Part shown: positions 8,428 to 17,806 of the stretch, one piece after another | Layout of the letters: every line of letters starts with the position of its first letter | Numbering within the stretch: the first letter of the stretch is position 1 | Sequence record: PQ327946.1 | Length of the DNA: 64,000 nt | Source of the DNA: a phage | Strand: one strand, 5' to 3' | Notes under the pieces: model-generated | Seen by the model: only the letters and a program-made list of their open reading frames with translations | Databases searched by the model: none | What the model was told of the DNA's origin: nothing | Made by a program: the position numbers and the translations under genes

Positions 8428-9375
8428 TTATTCTGCAAATAATTCAGTAACGTCTGAAATTACTTCATAACGACAAGTACGCATCTTAGCATCGCCATAG
8501 TCAACTGGGATGGACACAACATCACGTGGATGAACTTTAACCTTAACAACTTTATCTGAGCTAGAACCAAAGTAACGAATATACGATTTAGCGCAAACAT
8601 GTAGACCACGGGAGCAGGTTTGTGTATCATCATCGTTAACACGAGTACGAGGCATTGAAACAACTTTACCTGGTGAGTTATCAAATGTACCGCTATAGCA
8701 ATCTAAATAATCTTTACGAACTACTTTCCACGCGTAGAAATGCCCATCTTCAGTGATTTCAATATCATTTGCAACCAAGAAGTCGAATAAACGTTGTACA
8801 GCTTTTTCGCTTGGGTTTTCTAACAGGTTTTCAAGGAACGGTAGATAGAATTTAAAGTCTTCGCCTTTTTCCATAGAATCAATAATACGATTAACCAGGC
8901 CAGAACGAATCTCTATACCTTGATAAAATAAACTACCACCTTCAATAACAACATTACCGTCAACAAACTTACTAATAGCTTTCTTGATGTTAATAAGTTC
9001 GACAGCTTTACTAAGGTTTCCTGCGACCAGATTAGCTTTAATTTCTTCAAAATTTGCATGACTTGATGGAGTCGCATTGTATGCTACGCGTCCTTCAATA
9101 ATTGAAATAAATTTAGATGACGCGTTCCATACGATTTCAGGACGATGTCCGCCGATAATAGGTTCATCATTTTCTGGAACTTCTTCGATTACATAAGAGG
9201 CATCGTTTGCTTCAGGGACAACGCCTTCTGCTTTAAAATTCTTAACAATCTTACGAAGAGTATCTGTTGAAATGTCGAAGTAATCGGCAATTTCTTTACG
9301 AGTCCATTTGCCTGATTCAACCAGGCCGTAAGCTTCTAACTGTTCTTCTTGGGACAAGCATTTAATATTGTACAT
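8428..9375 (-). CDS. rIIB: rIIB membrane-associated protein
   Basis: 315 aa, immediately downstream of rIIA on the same strand; T4 rIIB is about 312 aa. Confidence 0.8.
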   Translation of the reverse strand: MYNIKCLSQEEQLEAYGLVESGKWTRKEIADYFDISTDTLRKIVKNFKAEGVVPEANDASYVIEEVPENDEPIIGGHRPEIVWNASSKFISIIEGRVAYNATPSSHANFEEIKANLVAGNLSKAVELINIKKAISKFVDGNVVIEGGSLFYQGIEIRSGLVNRIIDSMEKGEDFKFYLPFLENLLENPSEKAVQRLFDFLVANDIEITEDGHFYAWKVVRKDYLDCYSGTFDNSPGKVVSMPRTRVNDDDTQTCSRGLHVCAKSYIRYFGSSSDKVVKVKVHPRDVVSIPVDYGDAKMRTCRYEVISDVTELFAE

Positions 9376-9384
9376 AATGTTTCC

Positions 9385-11598
9385 TTATTTGGCCGCTTCC
9401 ACGGCCTTCATGAATTTAACGATTTGAGCGACCTGTTCTTTGGAAAGAGTACCACGTCGTCCCATGTATTCTGACACAATATGATAATTGGTTTCGAATT
9501 CAATAACCATTTTATCATCATTATCGTAAGCATTATCTTTAAGCTTATCGAAAATTTTAGCACACAATTCTAACTTCTTATTCAGTTCTCTGTTGGTAGC
9601 ACCTGAGAATCGATTCCATCCCCAACGATTATTTACTGTTGAAAGTTTTGCAAAATCTTTACTGATTTCTTTGTTCTTAGAGCTAAAATACTTACTAAGG
9701 AAGTTAAGCTCTTCATTACGAGTAATATGATTCAAATAAGGCTGGGCTCTACGACTTGGTGATACATACTCATCATAATCCACTTTATCAATTAGCATAA
9801 TATAGTCATTAATTGATTTTTCAAACAAACATTCTACTTCACCAAGTTTACGAACTTTCTTAGCAATCTGTGGACGGACTACAGTGAACTCTTTAATACC
9901 TGACAAATCAGCAATACGAGTCAAGAAACTAGAATCATAGTTCAACCAACCTTTATTTGCGTCAAGACATTCAGCGTTAAAACGATTACGAATTACAACA
10001 TAACCTTGGATTTCATCAGCTTTACCGGCCGGAATAAAGAGATCTTCTGATACCCAAACATCGTTTTCATTCTTAAAGAACCGATGAGCACTTGGGGATT
10101 TAGGACGAGGCCCATTAGAACGAGTCTTGACTTCAATCCATGGCTTAACGATTTGTAAAAGCTCTGAAGTCTTGTACATGTTAATGTTGTCGCCATCAAA
10201 GATAACTTTAAGACGTTCCAGAAGTTTCATTGCATCTTCGTCTGTAGGGTCAACGAATAGTACGCTTTTACCAAAACCGCGTGGAACTTTACCGTTTAAT
10301 TTAACCTCGTCTTTAGACATTTCAATTGAATTAAGAGCTCGCATTAATGGAACGCGTCCCTTAACGTCGTCAATAACAATTTCAACGTTTTTAATGTTAA
10401 TGCCAATCAGACTGTTAATTGAAATGGTTGATGATGAGCTACCACTTTCACGAATACGACGAAGACGAGGGTCTTCAATGATATCGTATACGACGCCAAG
10501 ATTACACCACTCAGGCCCCATTTTAAAACGTTTGTACAACTCGGAATAAGTTAGTTGTTCTTTAGAGTATTTCAGTGATTCAATATTAGACCCAGCCTTT
10601 TCCATGTATTTACGAGCGGTATAGCCAAGAGAATCAATTTCACGGAACACATGATGTGGGTATTTACAATCAATCCATTTCTTAGAATCTTCAGCGAACA
10701 ATTTAGCATCGATTTCTGCAACGCGTTTATGGATATTTGCTACTGTACGTTTATCAAATGACAATGCTTCACGAGACGGGGCTACATCTAGTTCACCCAT
10801 AGGGAATTTAATATAAGCTGTAGTGCATCGCGTCATCATCCATGTTTGTTCTTTAATAACACTTCCGATTGGATATACAATACCACCATAAACAGCCATG
10901 ATATTACCACGTTCACCCCATGGAGCTTCCTTGGCCAAATATACATCATCGAATTCCGGGAAGTATTTGATATCTTTAACACCACGAACTTCTGCAATAT
11001 CGCCGAGAGGACGCATAACATAAGCAATTTCGGATGCGAACTTTTCAAAATCTTCTGGGTTAACAGGCACAACTACTTCAACGCCGGTCCGGTCATCAGG
11101 ACCCATCTTATCTACGAAGGTTGGCTTAATTTGTGGGCCTGTGTCATCTTGGTAGATTACGTAACCACGAACTTCACCATTGTGATAAGACGTAAGGTTA
11201 AACGTATCAGTATATGCTAATGGAGCTTTAGAGCCGAGCCCGAATCCACCAATGAAATCGTTACTTGATGTTTTAGTTGAAGCAAAATATGAGTTATAGA
11301 TTCCTGGCTCTTCATCATTACCTCGAATGGTGAAATCACTCATACCAGGACCAAAGTCTCGAACTACAAAACGTGGGTCTAAACGACCTGGAGCCTGAAC
11401 AATAAACTTATCAGTGCAACCATTAAGAATTTGACCATCGATACAGTTTGTGATTAATTCGCGTACACAAGCCAATTCTTTGTTTGTATAAAGGTCATTA
11501 GACAAAATCTTATAAACTTTGCTATTGCCTTGAATAGTAAATGCTGTGCTCTTACCGCCTGAACCAATAATCGTTTCTTTAGCCGTTTCAATAATCAT
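9385..11598 (-). CDS. rIIA: rIIA protein (GHKL ATPase-like N-terminal domain)
   Basis: 737 aa; N-terminal ELITNCIDG and DFGPGMS motifs; size and synteny match T4 rIIA. Confidence 0.85.
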   Translation of the reverse strand: MIIETAKETIIGSGGKSTAFTIQGNSKVYKILSNDLYTNKELACVRELITNCIDGQILNGCTDKFIVQAPGRLDPRFVVRDFGPGMSDFTIRGNDEEPGIYNSYFASTKTSSNDFIGGFGLGSKAPLAYTDTFNLTSYHNGEVRGYVIYQDDTGPQIKPTFVDKMGPDDRTGVEVVVPVNPEDFEKFASEIAYVMRPLGDIAEVRGVKDIKYFPEFDDVYLAKEAPWGERGNIMAVYGGIVYPIGSVIKEQTWMMTRCTTAYIKFPMGELDVAPSREALSFDKRTVANIHKRVAEIDAKLFAEDSKKWIDCKYPHHVFREIDSLGYTARKYMEKAGSNIESLKYSKEQLTYSELYKRFKMGPEWCNLGVVYDIIEDPRLRRIRESGSSSSTISINSLIGINIKNVEIVIDDVKGRVPLMRALNSIEMSKDEVKLNGKVPRGFGKSVLFVDPTDEDAMKLLERLKVIFDGDNINMYKTSELLQIVKPWIEVKTRSNGPRPKSPSAHRFFKNENDVWVSEDLFIPAGKADEIQGYVVIRNRFNAECLDANKGWLNYDSSFLTRIADLSGIKEFTVVRPQIAKKVRKLGEVECLFEKSINDYIMLIDKVDYDEYVSPSRRAQPYLNHITRNEELNFLSKYFSSKNKEISKDFAKLSTVNNRWGWNRFSGATNRELNKKLELCAKIFDKLKDNAYDNDDKMVIEFETNYHIVSEYMGRRGTLSKEQVAQIVKFMKAVEAAK

Positions 11599-11610
11599 AT
11601 TTTTCTCTCA

Positions 11611-11811
11611 TCACAAGTTACGTTTAAAAATTTCTGCTACTTCAAGAAGTTCTTCTTTAGTAGCTGTATCGGTTTGTATTTTATATCGAATTTCCTTAAA
11701 GCGTTCTTTAAAGGCTTCAGCTGATTCGATATCAAAAAATCTTTGGATAAGCCGGAATTCCCGGAGCACAGCTTTATCAAAAAGTTCCAAGTCCACGTTA
11801 TATGTTCTCAT
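11611..11811 (-). CDS. Hypothetical protein rIIA.1-like (66 aa)
   Basis: Small ORF directly upstream of rIIA as in T4. Confidence 0.5.
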   Translation of the reverse strand: MRTYNVDLELFDKAVLREFRLIQRFFDIESAEAFKERFKEIRYKIQTDTATKEELLEVAEIFKRNL

Positions 11812-11903
11812 AATATTCTCTTCAGTAGATTCCTAGGGCACTATTACTAAAGACCATATAATCTATCATCTTATGTGTAATAGTGCCTCAGGCTATTCAG
11901 GAT

Positions 11904-13004
11904 TTATGCTGTGAAGATTTTATCCCACATCGCAACAACTGCATCTCGGTTATACTTCTTCCATACTGCTTCAGCACGTTTAACTCGAGCTTCGTATGTA
12001 TCAGTGAATTCTAATACAGCTTTTGTGTAAAGCGCAACTACTTCTTTCTTAGGAGTAGAGGAATCAATTTCTACACGCACAGTATCTGGGTCGTATTCAA
12101 ATGTCGCATGAGGATAATCCTTAAAAACTAACTGGATTACAGGGACACCTTTAGAGATGGCTTCAATAGAACTATTCTCTACTGTACCTGTGTCAGGACA
12201 AGTATTAATAAGTGCTTTAGCTGTTTTAAGACGTTCCATGATTTCACTGTGTGGAGCATCAATAATAACAGGATATTTAGCTGGTGGTGCCCATTTGCTT
12301 GGACAGTATCCTACACCATTTTCGCCTAGTGCTTTAATTGCTTCAAGAGCAACATCAGTGCGACGCATTTTAGTGTCATAACGTTGTGCACTAATAATCA
12401 GATCAGTCGCCGGAAGAACTTCAGGTTTCTCATTCAAACAAATAACCGGATAATCTTCGGCTTCAAACAACGGATTTGCTCGCCAATAATCATAATCAAT
12501 TTTGTCAGTCAGACCTGAAGTCATATAACAATATTTGCGTTCAAATTCACGGAAGGCTTTAGTAGGAGCATAACTCTTACCACCATTCTTATGAATTTGA
12601 ATAGTCTGGTCCCAAATTTGAACAATGCCACGAGATACTGGTTCAAATGGTGTTGCCATAAAATTCTTATGAACTTTAGAGAGACCTGCGTCTTTAATTG
12701 CCTGAACGGTTAGTTTAGTCGGTTCCATAGTAACAACAAAATCGTATTCATGGATGCCGGCTAGTTCAACAATCTTACGAGCCATAGTATAACTCATACC
12801 TAGACTGAATTTAGTCAGATGACCAACAGGATGGTGTGTAACTTTCCAGTCACCAAACGTGTCATTATCAAAGCCGATATAATCAATATCAGCACCGATG
12901 GACACAAGATATTTCAACACATTTAAATGTACTGCTTCAAGGCCACCTTGTACACGGTCAGGATTAAATGGGACTGCGCGAGATGGGATAAACATAACTT
13001 TCAT
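11904..13004 (-). CDS. GT-B fold glycosyltransferase, candidate DNA (5-hmC) glycosyl/arabinosyl transferase
   Basis: 366 aa; C-terminal motif VENSSIEAISKGVPVIQ resembles the GT4/GT-B donor-binding signature; sits between rIIA.1 and 39 where T4 has gene 60. Confidence 0.55.
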   Translation of the reverse strand: MKVMFIPSRAVPFNPDRVQGGLEAVHLNVLKYLVSIGADIDYIGFDNDTFGDWKVTHHPVGHLTKFSLGMSYTMARKIVELAGIHEYDFVVTMEPTKLTVQAIKDAGLSKVHKNFMATPFEPVSRGIVQIWDQTIQIHKNGGKSYAPTKAFREFERKYCYMTSGLTDKIDYDYWRANPLFEAEDYPVICLNEKPEVLPATDLIISAQRYDTKMRRTDVALEAIKALGENGVGYCPSKWAPPAKYPVIIDAPHSEIMERLKTAKALINTCPDTGTVENSSIEAISKGVPVIQLVFKDYPHATFEYDPDTVRVEIDSSTPKKEVVALYTKAVLEFTDTYEARVKRAEAVWKKYNRDAVVAMWDKIFTA

Positions 13005-13020
13005 AATTAAGCCTTATTAA

Positions 13021-13048
13021 AATTAAAATGAAGCTCCCGAAGGAGCTT
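13021..13048 (-). terminator. Terminator hairpin (AAGCUCC-UUCG-GGAGCUU) overlapping the gene 39 stop
   Basis: + strand aagctcccgaaggagctt, then a U-rich run on the minus strand. Confidence 0.5.
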
Positions 13049-14864
13049 AGGACATCCATTCTTTACGAAGTTCAGAATCATCACCCAACAACATTTCAAA
13101 GAGTTCTTTCCAATTTTCAGGAAGTTTAACTACGTCGTACACAGGGTTCTGAATCATTTCACGATATTCTGACTTTTCAAGGGAGCCCAATCCCTTGATG
13201 TATCGAATACTATGCTTAGGAAGTGTATCTTTAGCTTCTTCATACTCAGCTACAGTATAAAACCATTTTTGAGTTTTGCCAATTTGTGCAATAATTACAG
13301 GCGTTTTAACAAAGCGAATACGTCCTTGTTCAAACAATTCAGGCCAATTACTAAAGAAAGCAAGCAAAGCCGGATAAATACTTCCAAGACCGTCATGATC
13401 GGCATCGGTCATAATTGCAATATTACGATAGTTCGTATTCTCTGCCTTTTCACCAAGAATAAGACCTGTGATAGCACAGATATCGAAGAGCTCTTTGTTC
13501 TTCATCATATCAGCATATGACATACCCCAGCTATTCATCACCTTACCACGTAATGGGAATCCGCCGTGTAGTTCACGGTCACGAACATCAATGAGATAAC
13601 CAATTGCCGAATCACCTTCTGTTAAAAACAATGTCGTATCTGCATCTTTACCACATTGGTTAGCTTTAATATGCTTATGAACCTTAGCTTTAGTTGCCTT
13701 TTTAGCTGCTTTAGTTTCTGCGGCCTTTTCTGCTGCCAATTTACGAGCTAATGCTGCTTCAACAATAGGCATAATCAAGGCTTCATTTTTAAGAAGTGCC
13801 TGAGCAATTTTCTTAGCATCTAATTGGATATGATTACGAATATCACCATACGTTGACGTTAAACGTTCTTTAGTCTGAGAATCAAAACGCATGTTGCTCA
13901 TGTCTCTAATAAACATCAACAATGTGAGACATTCTTTAACACGAGCTTTAGTGACTTCAATACCCTTATATTTCTTTTTAATGCCGGGCAAAAGATGTTC
14001 GCAGATATCATCCATTACACATTCAACATGATGACCACCATTTTTAGTATGGATGTTATTCACATAAGTTAAATGACGGAAGCCGTCTGGTGATGTTGTG
14101 AATGCTATAGAGACTTTATCATTTTCTTGAATGATGTTATCTTCACCAAATTGTTTAGCAAATCGTTTAAAATTACCATCAACCTTTTTACCATTAAATG
14201 TGAACTTGATATCAGGATAAACGACTGCCAATGTTTGAAGTCGGTCTAAAGTAATATCTAAATAAATTTGAGATAAATTATGCTCTTCAAATGAAGAGAA
14301 ATCAGGAGTGAAGATTACTTTGGTGCCTTTACCTTTAGATTTCTTAGAAGACCATGATTTGTTTTCCATTCCGTTTGAACAGTTAACAGTGATTTCATTT
14401 TCGCCATCTGACGTGATGCCTGTAAACAACGTAGAGAAGATATTAGTTAAACTACTCCCGACGCCGTTCATACCACCAGTCTTGCGTTCAGAGTCATCAC
14501 CAAAGTTACCACCAGCCTTTGGAATAGTCCAGGCTGCTACAGGCCCAGGAATTTGTTCACCTGTTTGGTCGGTAACTAAACCTTGAGGAATACCACGTCC
14601 GTTATCTTCCACTGAGACTTGATTATTTTTAATTTGCACATCAATTTTATTTGCAAACTTAAATGATGTACGAATAGCTTCATCAACCGAGTTGTCAATA
14701 ATCTCATCGATTAATTTAACCAGACCAGGAACATATTCAACTTGTTGATATTTACCAAACAAAAAACGCTCGTGGGCTTCTTTGGCCGAAGAACCAATAT
14801 ACATGCCACTTCGTTTCTTAATATGTTCTACATCTGACAATACCTTAATTTCATTTTTAATCAT
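13047..14864 (-). CDS. 39: DNA topoisomerase II large subunit gp39 (GyrB-like), uninterrupted form
   Basis: 605 aa; GyrB ATPase and Toprim segments; matches the unsplit 39 of T2/T6-type phages, not the T4 39+60 split. Confidence 0.85.
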   Translation of the reverse strand: MIKNEIKVLSDVEHIKKRSGMYIGSSAKEAHERFLFGKYQQVEYVPGLVKLIDEIIDNSVDEAIRTSFKFANKIDVQIKNNQVSVEDNGRGIPQGLVTDQTGEQIPGPVAAWTIPKAGGNFGDDSERKTGGMNGVGSSLTNIFSTLFTGITSDGENEITVNCSNGMENKSWSSKKSKGKGTKVIFTPDFSSFEEHNLSQIYLDITLDRLQTLAVVYPDIKFTFNGKKVDGNFKRFAKQFGEDNIIQENDKVSIAFTTSPDGFRHLTYVNNIHTKNGGHHVECVMDDICEHLLPGIKKKYKGIEVTKARVKECLTLLMFIRDMSNMRFDSQTKERLTSTYGDIRNHIQLDAKKIAQALLKNEALIMPIVEAALARKLAAEKAAETKAAKKATKAKVHKHIKANQCGKDADTTLFLTEGDSAIGYLIDVRDRELHGGFPLRGKVMNSWGMSYADMMKNKELFDICAITGLILGEKAENTNYRNIAIMTDADHDGLGSIYPALLAFFSNWPELFEQGRIRFVKTPVIIAQIGKTQKWFYTVAEYEEAKDTLPKHSIRYIKGLGSLEKSEYREMIQNPVYDVVKLPENWKELFEMLLGDDSELRKEWMS

Positions 14865-14869
14865 GTTGT

Positions 14870-14910
14870 CTCCTCGTTATGAAGGTATTCTATCATCCGA
14901 AATCTAAAGC
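14870..14910 (-). promoter_or_regulatory. Candidate MotA-dependent middle promoter (TGCTTTA - N12 - TAGAAT) for gene 39
   Basis: Minus strand TGCTTTAgatttcggatgaTAGAATaccttcataacGAGGAGacaacATG. Confidence 0.45.
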
Positions 14911-14929
14911 AAAAAGGGCCGAAGCCCTT
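14908..14929 (-). terminator. Terminator hairpin (AGGGC-UUCG-GCCCU + U tract)
   Basis: + strand aaaaagggccgaagccctt at the 3' end of the goF-like gene. Confidence 0.5.
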
Positions 14930-15353
14930 ATTTAAATTTAATTTTCTGAAGTGCATCAATTGCAGCCAAACGCCCTTGTTCACTTTTAACTGTAATGACC
15001 ACATCACCTGATACGATCACCGAACCATCAACAAATTCTACAGAGCCTTTTTTGAAATCGACAGCTGTATCCGGTTCCGGAACTTCTTCAAAGAATTTAA
15101 ATTCTGCACCATAAAGCAGAATATCACCTTGCATACTATGAATAGTTCGACCATAATCGCCTACGGCTTCTACAGCAATCACCGAAACACCGTAACCAAT
15201 CATCTCTTCCACAATAAAATCTTTGGACAATAAAGTAGTATGCAGATTAGTATTAAGACGTTTACCAGTCGTATTAAGAAGTCTCAAGAAATTATCTTCC
15301 TGTCCTTTGATAATACGATATTTCTTACCAACTTCAAAACCTTTAAAAGCCAT
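14928..15353 (-). CDS. Hypothetical protein, goF-like position (141 aa)
   Basis: 141 aa ORF immediately upstream of gene 39, where T4 carries goF (also 141 aa); no motif support. Confidence 0.4.
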   Translation of the reverse strand: MAFKGFEVGKKYRIIKGQEDNFLRLLNTTGKRLNTNLHTTLLSKDFIVEEMIGYGVSVIAVEAVGDYGRTIHSMQGDILLYGAEFKFFEEVPEPDTAVDFKKGSVEFVDGSVIVSGDVVITVKSEQGRLAAIDALQKIKFK

Positions 15354-15355
15354 AA

Positions 15356-15535
15356 TTAACCCTTCTTAAGTAAGTCGTAAAAACCACCGTTCACATGTTT
15401 AGGAGCAGAAACCCGACGAGTAGACAGACGATGACATTCAGGGCAAACATCGTTTTCTCGTTCAGAAATTCTTTTAATTTTTTCATATTCATGACCACAA
15501 TCTTCAGATTGACATTTATAGTCGTATAATGGCAT
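15356..15535 (-). CDS. Small zinc-ribbon protein (about 59 aa)
   Basis: Hand-translated MPLYDYKCQSEDCGHEYEKIKRISERENDVCPECHRL..; CxxxxC..CxxC; below the track cut-off; coordinates approximate. Confidence 0.4.
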   Translation of the reverse strand: MPLYDYKCQSEDCGHEYEKIKRISERENDVCPECHRLSTRRVSAPKHVNGGFYDLLKKG

Positions 15536-15537
15536 TA

Positions 15538-15966
15538 TTATTCCTTAAAATGTGCTTTCAACATTTGATACAAAGACCATGCCTGGTCATTATTTTCGAT
15601 AGTAATCGTCATCACAGGAAATTCAGACAATTCACCAAGTTCACCAGAATCTTGCTCTTCAGACGCTTGATACGGATTTTCAACTTCGTCAAAGAACTCT
15701 GCTTCATTCGTGGAGAGCCAGATAAAGTTTTCATCAAGGATATCACCGCCTGTTGCGTATCCAACCGTGCCAGTAGATGTTAAAATTTTAGTAGGACGTC
15801 CGAGATGGTCAACATCTAAAATTTTAAAAGGTTCCATGCCAAGACGTCGTGCATAAATCCCATTATCAGTGTGGTCTTTAATAAACTCTTCTTGGGCACG
15901 TTTATCTATAAATTGGTACCATGAGTTAACGCGGAATTTATTAGCCATTAGTAAGTTTCCTTCCAA
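15538..15966 (-). CDS. Hypothetical protein (142 aa)
   Basis: ORF in the tight same-strand array. Confidence 0.5.
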   Translation of the reverse strand: MEGNLLMANKFRVNSWYQFIDKRAQEEFIKDHTDNGIYARRLGMEPFKILDVDHLGRPTKILTSTGTVGYATGGDILDENFIWLSTNEAEFFDEVENPYQASEEQDSGELGELSEFPVMTITIENNDQAWSLYQMLKAHFKE

Positions 15967-16175
15967 TAAGTTGTACCGTTTTCAGTGATTTCACGGAAGA
16001 TGCCATAGATAGGCATTTCATCACCAAGTTTTTCGTAAACGTAAACCACTTCGGTGTAGCATAAAAATTCGGTCCAGTTTTTCTGTACAACAACTAAATC
16101 AGGATTAAACAGAACATCTTCAAACTCATCAACGTTTGAATCAGTAGTTACGTTTTTAATGATTTGACGTTTCAT
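15948..16175 (-). CDS. Hypothetical protein (about 75 aa)
   Basis: Track ORF trimmed to the internal ATG with GAGGAG RBS, because a promoter cassette occupies its 5' end. Confidence 0.4.
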   Translation of the reverse strand: MKRQIIKNVTTDSNVDEFEDVLFNPDLVVVQKNWTEFLCYTEVVYVYEKLGDEMPIYGIFREITENGTTYWKETY

Positions 16176-16189
16176 AATATTCTCCTCTT

Positions 16190-16230
16190 GTTTTGATAGG
16201 TCTATAGTATCATAGACCATAGTTGTTGTA
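16190..16230 (-). promoter_or_regulatory. Early promoter cassette (gataggtctatagtatcatagacc + gtacaa)
   Basis: Repeat family with dyad GGTCTAT..ATAGACC around the -10. Confidence 0.4.
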
Positions 16231-16232
16231 CA

Positions 16233-16757
16233 TCATTTTAGCAAAATAAAATCAACTTGTTCTGCCAATGAACGTCTGAACATTAATTGACAACTTCCGA
16301 GGATGAAATCAGGCGCTTCATAGACCGCGATGTAGTATCCTTTAGCTTTCAAGAGTTCAACATCCACCTGGTCATCAAACCATGCATAAACCGCGTCAAC
16401 ACTTTCAAATCCAAAATAGAACCCTTGGGCCCAATCTTCACGCAATTCAAATGTGTGCTCAATTCTATAGTATCTTAAGATATTTTGTTCAAGGAGTTTA
16501 TCTTCATTTACTGTAGGACGATTAGGGACATTATAGTTGTCGCCGTGATGGTAGAAGTTACCTGAGATTATTCCATGTTTATCAAGGAACTCCCATGTTT
16601 CTTCAGAGTTGTCGGTGCCCGACCAACCGTATGGCGAACGAGGTTCTTTATTCCAAGAGGTTTCCCAAATTCTGACGGCTTTACCATCTTCGATAGCAAT
16701 TCCTGGTAATGATTCACGTTGAGTACAAAAACTACGTTCTACGCGGTAAACTAACAT
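16233..16757 (-). CDS. Hypothetical protein (174 aa)
   Basis: ORF. Confidence 0.5.
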   Translation of the reverse strand: MLVYRVERSFCTQRESLPGIAIEDGKAVRIWETSWNKEPRSPYGWSGTDNSEETWEFLDKHGIISGNFYHHGDNYNVPNRPTVNEDKLLEQNILRYYRIEHTFELREDWAQGFYFGFESVDAVYAWFDDQVDVELLKAKGYYIAVYEAPDFILGSCQLMFRRSLAEQVDFILLK

Positions 16758-16816
16758 ATTATTCTCCTCTGGTTGATATGGTTATACTATCAAAACCGGA
16801 GGAGAAGTAAACAACT

Positions 16817-17236
16817 TTATGCAAAAGATGCTGGACAATATTTTTTGATTTGGAACTCAGGAACTACCATGAACTGTCCGGCGAAAACGATGTTATAAAG
16901 CTTAACACCATCTTCTACCCAACGGTCGCTAATAAATCCGGCGATTTGCTTAGTTTTCCACGGTGTTCCATCAGTTGCCGCAGCAATAGTGAATTCATGG
17001 TCTTTTACAACTAAAACAGACCTGCACAGTTTCCATTTGAACACACGTTCTTCTGGCTCAATGAATTGGCTTTTAACATAACCAATGTTACCATCAACGT
17101 CACGAACTTTAACTTCGTTACGTCCAAAAACCGGATCACTCACAGAAAGAACTTCAACCAACTTCCCGGCAACTTTAGAGCGAGAAGCAACAGATACATA
17201 TACGTAATCACCTGTAGAGAGATTTACAATATTCAT
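16817..17236 (-). CDS. Hypothetical protein, tandem paralog A (KOW-like N-terminus)
   Basis: 139 aa; shares ..VASRSKVAGKLVEV.. and C-terminal GFISDRWVEDGVKLYNIVFAGQF with the next gene. Confidence 0.55.
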   Translation of the reverse strand: MNIVNLSTGDYVYVSVASRSKVAGKLVEVLSVSDPVFGRNEVKVRDVDGNIGYVKSQFIEPEERVFKWKLCRSVLVVKDHEFTIAAATDGTPWKTKQIAGFISDRWVEDGVKLYNIVFAGQFMVVPEFQIKKYCPASFA

Positions 17237-17245
17237 AATAATTCC

Positions 17246-17776
17246 TTAAGCTTTACGAGGAGACACATAGCGAGTGATTTCAGATTCTTTAACAACTCGG
17301 AAGTCACCTAAGAATACGATATTGTATAACTTTTCACCATCTTCAACCCATTGGTCACTAATGAAGCCACACATAGTATCAGTTTTGCTTGGATAACCGT
17401 ATTCGTCGATGTAATCAAATTCTTTATCGGTTACAAATTCAACGCCTTTACACAAGGCCCATTTGAACTGTACATTAGGCTCAGTGGATTCACATACGTA
17501 TCCATCACGTGATTCAACTTCTTCAACAGAAGAAAAGTGTGCAGGTGCAACTTCTTCGCTTGAAGCAAATTGGACTCGTATATGTTTTTCCAGGAATTTA
17601 GGACTTACGTAAGCATACTGGGCATCTTGTCCGCCAAAACTGGGCATGATTCGAACTTTAACTTCTTTAACAAGTCCCATGCCGTTAGTACGAAGCCCTG
17701 CGACTTCAACCAGACGACCTGCAGCTTTAGAACGAGAAGCAGGAGATACACGAAGGATTTCACCAATAGTAATCAT
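17246..17776 (-). CDS. Hypothetical protein, tandem paralog B
   Basis: Start moved to the ATG (MITIGEIL) with RBS; ..SPASRSKAAGRLVEV.. and GFISDQWVEDGEKLYNIVFLGDF. Confidence 0.55.
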   Translation of the reverse strand: MITIGEILRVSPASRSKAAGRLVEVAGLRTNGMGLVKEVKVRIMPSFGGQDAQYAYVSPKFLEKHIRVQFASSEEVAPAHFSSVEEVESRDGYVCESTEPNVQFKWALCKGVEFVTDKEFDYIDEYGYPSKTDTMCGFISDQWVEDGEKLYNIVFLGDFRVVKESEITRYVSPRKA

Positions 17777-17806
17777 ATTTTTTCTCTCTTTGTTTAAGTT
17801 GAATTC

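Noticed and set aside
10127-10549. Plus-strand ORF (140 aa) inside rIIA
   Set aside because: Antisense shadow ORF within a well-supported minus-strand gene; Ser/Leu/Arg-rich composition and no RBS.
13047-14864. Searched for the gene 60 translational bypass (50-nt hop) and mobile insertion
   Set aside because: Gene 39 is a single uninterrupted 605-aa ORF; no separate gene 60 exists in this window.
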